Shown here piece by piece: positions 1 to 21,900 of a stretch of 64,000 nt of DNA. Source of the DNA: Amoebidium appalachense (Eukaryota; Protista; Ichthyosporea); the NCBI GenBank assembly GCA_963693365.1, contig CAVNZM010000001.1:1114054-1178053 (forward strand), given 5' to 3'. The translations under genes and the position numbers were made by a program. The notes below the pieces were generated by a model that was given only the letters and a program-made list of their open reading frames with translations, had not been told where the DNA came from and did no database searches. Within the stretch, counting starts at the first letter, position 1. The number at the start of each line of letters is the position of its first letter.

Positions 1-94
1 AGAAGGAAAGCAGACACGAATACAAACAAGCTAAGACACATACATACTTCAAGGCTCTTGCTGTCATACATGGACCAGGTGACGTATTCCAACA
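1..94 (-). mobile_element. Start of the 3' LTR (family B) of a minus-strand degenerate LTR element, running off the window edge
   Basis: Reverse complement reads TGTTGGAATACGTCACC...CATGTATGACAGCAAGAGCC, matching the LTR starts at 47558 and 54640. It is immediately preceded on the minus strand by the PPT GAGTGGGGA (95-103). Confidence 0.85.
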
Positions 95-312
95 TCCCCA
101 CTCAAGGGGTTGAAGTTTGTGTTCTCGTGTCTGTTGATGTGACGGTAGATGAGGTCCAAACACAGGAGGGGCCGTCACACTCAAGTTTCCCCACTCGAGG
201 ATGCAAACCGAAGATCCTTGAGGTGGGAAGGAGTGTTGGAAGATGGTATCGTTATCCAGTCCGATCGCATGAATCAGATCATGATCGGCTGGTGGCCTGC
301 GAGATCTTAACC

Positions 313-551
313 GATCTCGTAGCTCAGTTGGTAGAGCACTCGACCGGAGATAGAGGGGGGTTTACGCTGTTTACTCGAGGCAAAGAGAACCAGTCTCAGG
401 TATGGGGGGGGGGGGTTTGCTCGGAATATCCCCTCAGCGGTATATCATGATCACGTACATAGATGTCGGGTGGTGACTATATATCAGGGTTTACTTTCTC
501 TACGAGACACCATAAAGACTACAAGGAGAAATCAATTAGTTGGGGTTCCCC

Positions 552-603
<52 letters not shown>

Positions 604-635
604 GGGCTCCCCTCGGGACACTCGGTATCAGCTGG

Positions 636-702
<67 letters not shown>

Positions 703-1305
703 TGCGCTATAATTTTGTAGTGATGTGTTTCTCAAGCCAATCAATACATCTAATAAACAGGTCGTAGTTACGCGTGTTTAGTATAAAATCAAGGATGTTG
801 TAATTTACAGGTAGGCTATCTTTCTGGGTGTCTGTTGTGAATGTGACGTGTGTGTGTTGCGGTATTATGTGGTCTATCAAACTACATTTGGCGATACATG
901 ACCGGTTAAACTGGTGTGTGTGTGTGTTGTTTGGGCATGCAAATGATGCCACCTTATACTTATTAGATCTCCACTGTATAGCACGTGTACAGTAAAAGCG
1001 TGGTAATTGATCAATAATACCATCAGCTAGAGAAAGACCAGTTCTACAGGAAGGTAATATGTATTTAGGTGTTATACACTTGCGAGTGCCATATTTGGCA
1101 ATATGGTTGAGGCGGTCAGTATATATAAAACGAGACATAAGGCTTAGTTTTTCAAGGTGTATGCTTTCATCGGGTCTAGTGTCGTGTGGTATCTTTTTCC
1201 ATTTGTTATATTGCGTGATTATCTTGTGATTGTGTACATGTTTAATAAGTAAGTGGCAGTGTTTAATAGATAGAGGGGTCGCGGGTTCAAATCCCGTCGG
1301 GATCA
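313..1305 (+). pseudogene. tRNA-like copy in TRIM LTR1, split by a LINE insertion
   Basis: 5' half GATCTCGTAGCTCAGTTGGTAGAGC... at 313-356 and 3' half ...GGTCGCGGGTTCAAATCCCGTCGGGATCA ending about 1305; otherwise identical to 1645-1717. Confidence 0.8.
357..1267 (-). mobile_element. 5'-truncated LINE (family 2)
   Basis: Near-identical reverse complement of about 40534-41421, including the C-terminal ORF, (CA)n, internal poly(A) and 3' end GTAAACAGCGTAAACCCC. TSD AGATAGAGG at 348-356 and 1268-1276. Confidence 0.9.
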
Positions 1306-1355
1306 TCTTTTTCTCATCCTCTTCTCGCTGGGGTAAAAGCCAGCACGCCTTTACT

Positions 1356-1385
1356 TCTTTGCCTCGAGTAAACAGCGTAAACCCC
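1356..1385 (+). mobile_element. 30-bp 3'-terminal remnant of LINE family 2
   Basis: TCTTTGCCTCGAGTAAACAGCGTAAACCCC is identical to 41392-41421. It is flanked by a 12-bp TSD CACGCCTTTACT and absent from LTR2. Confidence 0.9.
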
Positions 1386-1644
1386 CACGCCTTTACTGGC
1401 GTCATCACAACCATCGGCAGTGGTTAGGTTGTGATCTCAGGGCTAGCAAGATCGCTAGTCTCTGCACCAGGACAAAATCCAAAATGGTAGCATGAACAGG
1501 GGTTCAGTGGGGACTGAGGGGGCAGTCCACCCTAACCTGATTCTGCGATTCGTCCTGAGTGGGGATGTTGGAAGATGGTATCGTTATCCAGTCCGATCGC
1601 ATGAATCAGATCATGATCGGCTGGTGGCCTGCGAGATCTTAACC

Positions 1645-1717
1645 GATCTCGTAGCTCAGTTGGTAGAGCACTCGACCGGAGATAGAGGGGTCGCGGGTTC
1701 AAATCCCGTCGGGATCA
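1645..1717 (+). tRNA. tRNA-like sequence inside TRIM LTR2 (anticodon GGA, probably tRNA-Phe-derived, unlikely to be a decoding tRNA)
   Basis: 73-nt cloverleaf: acceptor GATCTCG/CGGGATC, D arm and A box TAGCTCAGTTGGTAGAGC, T arm GCGGG-TTCAAAT-CCCGT, followed by TTTTT. Anticodon loop CCGGAGA lacks U33, there is one mismatch in the anticodon stem, and there is no long Ser variable arm. Confidence 0.8.
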
Positions 1718-1859
1718 TCTTTTTCTCATCCTCTTCTCGCTGGGGTAAAAGCCAGCACGCCTTTACTGGCGTCATCACAACCATTGGCAGTGGTTAGGTT
1801 GTGATCTCAGGGCTAGCAAGATCGCTAGTCTCTGCACCAGGACAAAATCCAAAAAGGAG

Positions 1860-4800
1860 AGAATCAAAACTGAAGAGGCACACAACGACGGTTGCCTCTG
1901 AAGACTCGGAACAATAAATCATGGTGGTTATCGTCGATATATATATATAGAGGAAACACTAGTGTATGTGTGACGTGTTGGTGGCTAATGTTTTCTACTG
2001 GGGACCACCCAGGTAAACACATTGGCATGAACATCTTGTGGACTGATTTATAGACTGGTTGTCAACCAGTTAAGACACGGGGAAGGTGCATCCCGTGGAC
2101 TAGGTTTAGACTGGCAGTCAACCAGCTCGCAAGGCTATAGATAATTATTTATACTGGGTCGCCATCCCAGTTCGACATATATATAAAGTCGAATATAGAA
2201 GAAAACCAATATATATGGTGGGATATGAATATAAATAAACGACGGATGGTGGAGAATAATCCCCACTGAAGATGCACACACATGACGATGTAAGACTGAG
2301 TCCCCACTGATGAAGAGAAACGATGAGGAGTAGTAGACTTTCGTTGGGAGGCATCTTGATCACCGTAGGTGTGTCAACTGCTGTCCAGGGCCCCAACCTT
2401 CTCAGAAACCACTCGATGATGAACACCAGTGCACGGGTCAGTCACGGAGACTGAGGTTGGCACGGTGTGTGTCGTGGGCCGGACTGTCAGAGTATTGTGC
2501 AACCAGCCGTCTCTGCCAGCACCACCATCACGGATATGCAACCAGCTGTTTGTGGTGGCACTGCGGGTCGTGTAGTGGCAGCTATCACATTTGCTGACGC
2601 TGCGAAAGGCAAGGGTCCTATCTACTATACCAACACTGTCCCCACCTCTCATGGACATCCACCTCTTGGTATAGACACAACTATCGGTGGTACATGGCGT
2701 ATTACGCAGAAACGTAAGGAACCACACATCCCTGCGAAAATTATGCGGGCCGTCCTGGCAGCTAAAGAAGGCAAGCTGTTCCTACCACTTACTCGGGTGC
2801 ACTCTAAGACGACTACACTGGCCTCTGGGCCCACCACAGCCCCACCCCCTGTTGTGGTGGTGACCCCAGCGGAGGAGCTGACAGAGGGTGTATGTGGCTC
2901 TGTTCCTTTGTCGTCTCCGGTCATGGATATTGATATCACACGACCACTTGGTCCCGCAGACCACCCCACTGCCATCACCTTGGAAGCAGGTGTAAATGGG
3001 TGTATTATGTCTATGCTCGTCGATCTGGGTTCTTTTGCTACACTCATGCAAACATCCCGGGCCCACAGAATAAGCGGAGGAACCAGTGGACTCCGTCAAG
3101 AAGCCTTCCGAGCATCCAGCGCTCGAGGAGACTCTCTACACTACCGCGGCACTATCTCTGCCGCCATCACTTTAAAGGATATGCATAGTAACACCACCTT
3201 ACGTGTGCAAACCGGAGTCTCGCTTATTGACAATCTCGCTGTTGGTTTTATATTGGGCACTGATTTCTTTATTCGCCTGAAGAACCGCGGTGTGAAAATG
3301 ACTATGAACGACTACAATACTCTCACGTTTGTGTACATGTAGCAGTCCGTGACTGTCCCGCTGCATCACGCCCGTGCACCCAGCAGGGTAGCCGGTGTCT
3401 GTCTGTATCATAATAGACAGGACAGTCTCCATGACCTTTTCGGTCCCAGTGCCGTGTGTCTGTGTACATGTGTGGCAGCACCAGCTCCCCATCCCCCCTC
3501 CCCCTGAGTCAGGTTCTTCTTGGTGTCGATGTAGTTGACGACTACATCAAGGCTGGGTCGGGAGATGCTCACCATAGCCGTGGCTGGCCGGGAGGAGAGA
3601 CGGGAGGAACGACGGGGGACGGTACGGAGGGGCTCAGGGCCCGGGGGGGTGGCTGGGACAGACACTCGGTGGCCGGGGATGGGGGCCTGGAAGCCAAGGA
3701 TGGGTGCCGTGTTGAGGGGGGAGTCGGATAACACGGGGCTGGACGGGGCCGAGTGGAACTCCGGAGACCCAGGACGAACCGGGGTGAGATGACCAGGTAC
3801 GTGGTCATTGACGGCAGGGGCCGGCAGCAGGGGTTGCTGGCCGGTGGGGGGGTGGGTGGGTGGACCCACCGGGGCAGGCACACGACGGCGGGAACGACGG
3901 AGAATCACTGACTGAATCTCATCGTCATCGGAGTGAGGATCGAGGGACGGCAGTGATGGATCGATTGAGGTCGGCTGATTGGTGGCCGGCACAGAAATCT
4001 GATTGGATGCCGTGGTGAATTGTGATTCGTCGAAGACAGGGGCTTCGGAAACGGGGGCAGGCAGCACGGTAGGCTGGCTAGAAACGTGGATGGGAATGGC
4101 CGGACCTGGCAGCACGTGTTGCTTGCCGGGGTCGGGGGGTAACTGTTATTTTGTGTGGGTAAACGGAGAAGCAGAGAGCACAGATGGGTGTTATGATATA
4201 CACAACACAGAGACACACGGGAAAAACAGAACCGGAGAGGAGGAATGATTTCTGGAACCATAGGAAATGAATACGACTGCTTATGATTTATTTCAAGATG
4301 AAGTCCCTTTTATACTTGGGAATGTGAAACGATAAACCAATCAAAAGAACGAAAACTATGAGTGTAAAATATATCGATTAAAATGTCTGTCGACACATAG
4401 AATATAAAACTCAATCCTCTAATGAAAGAAACCTCTAATAAAAGCACGGAAACATTTAATAAAATGAAACCACTTATGTAACTATTAATTCATAACATAC
4501 ATGTATACATGTTCTTATCATAACACGTCTAAATATAATTATTCCTAATAGTTGGAGAACATAGCACAATGCTACGTCGTGGGAAAGGAATGAGAAAGGA
4601 ATGTAAGTTACTATATTTGGGAAAATACAAACGAGATATGATTGGAGGACATATATAGATTTGGACACAAACGACAATACGTGTGCGCGAGCTAAGTATG
4701 TCGATACGTACACAGATCTAAGATGTCGTGTACACGGAAACAGAAAGGAAAGAAAGAAATGAAGAAAGGAAAAGGAAACAAACTACAACAACTAATAAAT

Positions 4801-5509
4801 AAATACAAAACTCAACTTCTAAGTCTTGCTGAGAATCAAGTGAAGATGACAGTAACGGGGGGAAACAGCTGCAGGGGTAACTGGGGCCCGTGCAGGGTTT
4901 GGGGGAGCTGAGAGCTCGACGAGGCTGGCCACGTGATCGGAGGAAACTGCTGCCGGAATGCGGGGCAGATCAATGGAATGTGAGGGGTCCGGCGACAGTG
5001 ACGGCACGTGGTGGGAACAGGGTTGGAAATCCTGGAAGGGAGCATGTTGGACGACATGGTAAACGGTTCTGGCAGGGACTTGGGGCCGGGACTCCTAGGG
5101 AGTAGGAAAGCACAAAGTGCTTGGACTGTGTTGAACACGGGAGACTGGAAAGAAGTACCGAATTTGGGTACTTCAGATGGACTTGAGGGAAGATAGTCAA
5201 GTCGGATCGAGACGGGGTGTCAAATGATCGTCGATCGGAATGGAGCCGGGGTTTGATATTTGACGAGTGATTGGGATTTCGATGTTATGGAATGGGAGCC
5301 TCCGGGGCAGACAGGGCGGCGTGGTTGAGACCACGTCGGGACAGGGGGACACGTCATGAAGTGTCAAAGAAGAACTTGGAGCGCGACGGCAGAACCAAGG
5401 GTGGAGGAAGGTTTGTCGTGACGGAGAGGAACCAGGACGGAACTGGAAGGAGGGCAAGCTGAAACTTGCAAGGATGGCACGATTGTCAACATCTGCAATC
5501 TTCACCCCC
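1860..5509 (-). mobile_element. Mosaic, degenerate internal region of the family-B-like LTR element
   Basis: About 2160-2484 matches the Copia-B pol end and 3' UTR (53968-54290). About 3508-4035 matches the Copia-B IN-RT linker (51957-52455), joined directly to the RNase H end (VVNYIDTKKNL), so RT is deleted. 4810-5509 is degenerate Ser/Arg/Pro-rich sequence. Confidence 0.7.
2467..3342 (+). CDS. Retropepsin-like aspartic protease fragment (Gypsy-like), antisense to the surrounding element
   Basis: MLVDLGSFATLM (variant of the D-[ST]-G motif) and the C-terminal FILGTDFF motif typical of retroelement proteases. Confidence 0.6.
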   Translation: MCRGPDCQSIVQPAVSASTTITDMQPAVCGGTAGRVVAAITFADAAKGKGPIYYTNTVPTSHGHPPLGIDTTIGGTWRITQKRKEPHIPAKIMRAVLAAKEGKLFLPLTRVHSKTTTLASGPTTAPPPVVVVTPAEELTEGVCGSVPLSSPVMDIDITRPLGPADHPTAITLEAGVNGCIMSMLVDLGSFATLMQTSRAHRISGGTSGLRQEAFRASSARGDSLHYRGTISAAITLKDMHSNTTLRVQTGVSLIDNLAVGFILGTDFFIRLKNRGVKMTMNDYNTLTFVYM

Positions 5510-6244
5510 CATCGGAAACCCCTCTTCGACGTCGACGACGGGTTCGGAGTAGTTTACGATACCTGAGTGGCTGCGTTTGGTACCCTCGACATTTTTTTTA
5601 ATGGATGGAAAAGCTGAAAACCCATCGCCGACGTCGACAAGCATATTACAGGGTAATAAAGAGGTCCACTGATTTTTTGACCCTCATGTGTATATGCCAA
5701 CGTCATCATATGGACATGCTGTGCATGCCTTTACACCGTCCATTAACCGAATGTAGCACCTATTCCAATGCTATAGACGTGCTATGGACGTCGTAAGCCT
5801 GTTCTACGTATGCATACTGTGTAGGCTAACAAGATGGGTATCGTCGACGTCGAAAACAAAGCATACTGTGAAGGCGATTCTGAGCATCTTAATATGAGGT
5901 TTCCGACGTCCGTAAACTAATAAGAAACGGCGAATTCTGCAATAATAAATACTGTTTTTATAATGTTACAGTATAAGTACAATAGTTTTATGTGTATGTA
6001 TATATATATATATATTGGGGGTAAGGGGTGTCCTGTGAATGAAAACATGGTTTAGTTCTAACGTGAAATGTACTAATGTACTACAGGAAACATGTGCTTA
6101 CCAACTGGAATATTCTACCCCACACACAACCATACACGTATGCATGAGAATGGGAGGGGGGAAGAATAAATGAATAGAAAAAGAAAACAGTATACAAATA
6201 ATAAACAAATAAATAAATAAATAATAAATAAATAAATAAAAAAA

Positions 6245-6333
6245 GGATTGGAGTGGATTCGAACCGCAGTCTTGGGCAAAATTATCCTCCTTCGAGCTAC
6301 TGCCTTGCCCAGGTACGCCATTCGGTCACTTCC
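6245..6333 (-). ncRNA. tRNA-like Pol III unit (SINE head or small RNA)
   Basis: Minus strand has A-box-like TGACCGAATGG, a consensus B box GGTTCGAATCC (6255-6265), internal stem TGGGCAA/TTGCCCA and an oligo-T terminator directly after. It does not form a canonical cloverleaf. Confidence 0.5.
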
Positions 6334-7031
6334 GAAAGCATGGGAAACCCGAACACTATATAGCGTACAATACTTATTATTATTATTATTATTATTCCTT
6401 ATTTGCGTGGACGACGTCTATGGAAATAGTCAGGGGTATAGGGCATACCCACCCACCCAAAATAAGAATACAAACAACCACGTCAATGGCCAAAAACAAA
6501 CAAAGAAGAAGAACAAAAGAGGGGAGGGAAAAAAAAGAAAAAAAAAAGCTGGCGTGGGGAGGATCGGGTGGCGTACCTGGGGCAAGGCGCCGAAATCGAA
6601 GGAAAATCTGAACACCATATATTGTACATTAATACATCAATATAGCGTTGCTAAGCAGTGACTGTGGCATAAGGAAAAAAATAATGGGAAGTGCAATATT
6701 GTTGCAATCAAAAGAAGTAAAAAATTAGCAATGTCGCATTTAGTTACATTCACATTTCACTATGAAATGACGTGCTAATCAAACATACCTACACAGTTTA
6801 GCAGGTACAATATATACTAGTTCTCGACATACATGAAACATGCGTACACAATAAACTGACACTCGAGGATATGCTCTCAGCTTTTCCATTATATAGTCGA
6901 CGATATACATCAAACATCATAACACAATAATAAATAAATCCACCGATATCCATCAGATCATCGAAATATGGAATCATGATTTGATTTCAGAAGACATTTC
7001 TCCCGAAACGGCGACACCGCATGCACAGCAA

Positions 7032-17991
<10,960 letters not shown>

Positions 17992-18906
17992 TTTCCACTG
18001 CGTGGGTGCACATGTGTCCTGTGCAAGCAGTTAGTAACCCCTCGTCGACACGTCGGGTGGACGCTGGCAACTGGTGATGTCGCAAACAGATCATTGCCTG
18101 TGCCGATTGGCTCAAAATCACTGTTTTCGCGCCGTCGCACCCACGCCATGGCCATGGTAACAGTGGACTATGCATGGAGTATTGGCTATCATGAGGTATG
18201 TACCAATATTTATTATTTAATAAATGAAAGAATTTTTATAGTTAGGTATAATTTTTTTTTCAATATAACATTATCTCCTGCTGAAGTTCATTGTTTGACC
18301 AATTATCACATATAGAGGTACGCCATGTGGGCGCGGTTTCATTGGCCGATGCAACCATTGTACAGTGGTGTGCCTATTTTCATGCATAGTGATATAACAG
18401 TAGTGTTTACATCAGTATTTCCATAATTGAGTATAATAATTTTAATTTTACAGTTGCGCACACGTTTTCTACTATTACTCCTTTGCAACTACGCCTATAT
18501 AATATTTCAGTTATATTTTTGGGTCGCCTCAACGCGCGAAACGGATTGGTTGGGCATCACATGTTCGTGCGGGCGTTGTGTGCGGTACATGTGTTTCGCA
18601 ATACACCATTTAACATGTGGTCACATTATTTACATGATTTTAATACTAATAATATTGTTTTTTATTTACCCGATACCTTTTTACTTTCTATGTTAATATT
18701 ATTACATATTGTGTCATGTCACACACCCAAAGGCCTCTAAAACGAACCATATTCATTGGCGATATATCACGAAATGAAAATGGCGGACGGAATTATGCGT
18801 GATAGTCGCGATCATTGGTTGGCGAGGACCAATGAAACATTTTTACAGATTGGAATGCATCCATCCATTTTTCTTCATGCACGTTCTGATTGCCATCGAA
18901 TACGCT

Positions 18907-21900
18907 TTTTTTTTATTATTTTTTTTTATCACGTTTTGTTCCCGGAGGGCCTTTTCAGGCCCTCTAGGGAAACTACCGTCTACCACACAGCACCGACAGT
19001 ACACTAGTTAAGGTGCTATCTATGAGTTCAGCTAAGCTAAACCATCCTTCACAACCTAACTATAAGTACACACTTTGCCCAGGGCTACTACCCCAGCCAC
19101 GCCGGCAGGAGGCTCCAGTCCTCCCCTCCATTCAAAACCTAGCAATAAACGTTAACCGAGGGCTCTCATTGGTCGATCTACAGTATTGGGAAGTCCTAGG
19201 TGTTGTGTATAATATTTACGGTGGGTATGGGTGGATGCTGGGGTGTGGTGGTGGTGGTGGTGGGGGGTTGCTGCCTAACATTATGTGTTGGTGTATGTAT
19301 GTTGTGGCGATGTTTTTGTGGACTAAAAGGTGGGTTTTACAGGGCACACCGGGTCTGTGGGTGTTCCGGCATTCAGAACAGGCCGGCCGGGTGTGTGTGG
19401 GGGGTGTATTTGTTGGTTTTTTGGGTTTTTGGAGAGCCATACTTTTCTTTCTACGGGTGGTGGGTATATGGTGGTGTTTTTGCATTTTAGGGTGGGTGGG
19501 GGGGAGTGTTGTGTTCCGTGGGTGCCAAATTTTTGAAAAGAAAAAGGATTGCAACTCTACTGTGATTTTTCCTAAGATGGCCCGGGTGGTGGTCTTGGTG
19601 GTGCCGGTGGCTGCAAGTAGTGGGCCCACCGATCGTGGGCAGAATCCCCGTTCGACCCACTTGGTGTCTTCGGGGTCAGGTGGGTCACCGTTGCCTCCTA
19701 TCCAGTTTATCCATGCACATTGGTCTACCACCGTGGCTGCCGTATGGTGGTGCTGTGCCGTGGGGGTGTTTGGATGACGAGTGTGCAGGACGTTGTGGAT
19801 GCAGGCTGTGATGGCGGTGGTCAGGGTGGGGACTTCCCCGGCATGGGCCGGGCAGGCCCAGAGGTGGGTGGTGGTCTCAGGGTGCTGGCTGCACCGGGGG
19901 CATGTGGGCTGTGTAACGACGGTGGGGTGATCTCGGTGTAGCCGTGCCATGGTAGGCAGGGTGCCCATGGCCAGGGACAGGCTACGAGTGTTTCCTCTGA
20001 CTGCCCCGATGGTTGCCTGTGTGGGCCCCTTGTTGAGCTTGAGGGGGTTCCGTTCGGCTGGGAGCAGTCTGGGGTCGGCTAGTATGGACATAGCCTTGGT
20101 CTTGCCGGCCATGTCGGTGAGGAAGTCCTTGTTCAACCGGTTCAGTGTACCTGGAATGTTGCCGGGGATACGGTGGCCTTGTAGTCGTAGGAAGTATTTC
20201 CCCCCCCCCCGGGGCCGGAGGTAGGGGGGAGGGGGAGGACTCTTCCTGCATTGGCTGCCTTGTCTGCCTCGTTATTCCGTTGACCGTACCGTTTGGTGTT
20301 GGATTGGTGCCCCTTCACCCACGATACCTGTACAGAGCCTGGTTGCCGGAGAGAGAGTTGGTCTCGTACGTGAGCCCATTCCACTATGTGGGGGAACTTT
20401 AGCTTGCGTCGAGGGGGTGTGGTGGGGTCTATATTTGCCGTCCATCGGTCGACTACTCCGAGGTTATCGAGCTTGATGTGGATGGGGGTGGTGGTGGGGG
20501 TGAGCAGGAGGGCTAGTAGTACCCCTGTGAGTTCGGCTTGGGTGGATGATAGGGCCGTATGGAGCCTGGTCTTGGCCGTCACTGGAGGTGCTTTCCGGTC
20601 CGGGGTGTCCAGTACCGCCCCGGCTCCGGCCTGGGCTATCCTCCTGCCCGGGTGGATGAGGCTGCCGTCCGTATAAACGGTGATCGGTTGGTCTGGGGGG
20701 ATCAGGGTGATTTGCTGCTGCCACTCGTCATAGGTGGCCTGGGGCACCAAGTCGGTGTAGGTGAGCCTACGGGGAGTGGGTGGGCTCGGCAGGTCAGCCG
20801 GGTGGGCCGTGCACTTGTGTCCTGGTGGTGACCCTACCGGTGGTGGCTGCTGGGGGGGGGTGGGCCGGGGAGGTCCCCCGGTAAGGGTGTGGCTTCCTCG
20901 TTGGCAAGTTGCAGGTGGAGCATCTGGGGTGATGCCTGTTGGTGGGGGGGAAGATGCCGCCGGAAATGGTGTATCTTCCTCCACTGCTCGGCCGGATCGG
21001 AGCCATCCTTCAGTGCGATGACTTGGTAGATGTCGATACTGTCGGTGTTGATGAAGTCCTTGTGGTACTTCGGGACTACCATGTGGGTGGTGATTCGGGT
21101 CTTGAAGGCCACGTAGGGGTCTGCCCGTATCATCTCCACAGCACGGGTCCACCCCACACACTGCTGGTTGTGGGTGTGATTATCGGCCGGGGGCTCAGGG
21201 GGCTCGTATTTGCTGTTGGTGCTGTCGGTGTTAGAGTCCTCTGAGTCGTCGGAGTCGTCGCTGGGCCCCGTCAACTCCGATTCTGGCTCCGTGTCTAACC
21301 CTTCCCCCTCTCCGTCTGCGTACCCGGGGTTGGGGGAGAGGGTGGCCGGGGTGTAGGCTAGGTTCCATGGGGAGTGGCCGTATTTGCAGTCACCAGGGCA
21401 AAAGCGGAAATGGGCTGTTCCATGTGGGTCGTTCCACGTGGGTCGGTGCCATCTCAGCCCCTCCTCCTCTGTGTTGTCCCGTAGATGGGCTATTTTGACC
21501 CAAGCCTCCCCGTTGTGGGTGGTGTGGGCCACCACCTGGCTGAGTTCGTATTGCCCGTTCTTGACTATTTCCACCACGAATGCACCGACGGGGTGGTTTG
21601 GCACGAGGTCAATGGTGTGGTGGGTGTGTGGTCTGGGTGCTGGCCGTAGTTTGTCTGCGATGGGGATGGCCCCCTTGATGATGGACCTGTACCACTGTGT
21701 AGCTCCCGGGTGTAGTAGGTCTGGGGGGTGGGGCAGTTCGGGGAACGCCCGGAACACCCCCGGCCGTACCATGGTGTCCTCCACCGTGTAGAGTTGACGG
21801 GGGTGTGTGTGGGGGCCGATGTGGGCCGCAAAGGTGTGGTCCGGGAAAACGGTGTTGATAGGGGTGCTGGTTGTTGTTGCTGCTTCCCCTCCTTCTCCTT

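Larger units (their letters stand above)
234..1854 (+). mobile_element. TRIM (non-autonomous miniature LTR retrotransposon) with tRNA-containing LTRs, Helenus/Cassandra-like
   Basis: LTR1 234-1484 (interrupted by two LINE insertions) and LTR2 1566-1854 (289 bp, TGTTGGA...TCCAAAA). PBS TGGTAGCA at 1485, 81-bp internal region, PPT GAGTGGGGA 1557-1565, TSD AGGAG at 229-233 and 1855-1859. Confidence 0.9.

Noticed and set aside
707-1414. 235-aa minus-strand ORF as a standalone gene
   Set aside because: Chimera of TRIM LTR sequence and the LINE C-terminal fragment.
1645-1717. Functional tRNA-Ser(GGA)
   Set aside because: Lacks U33 and the long variable arm, has an anticodon-stem mismatch, and is part of an LTR.
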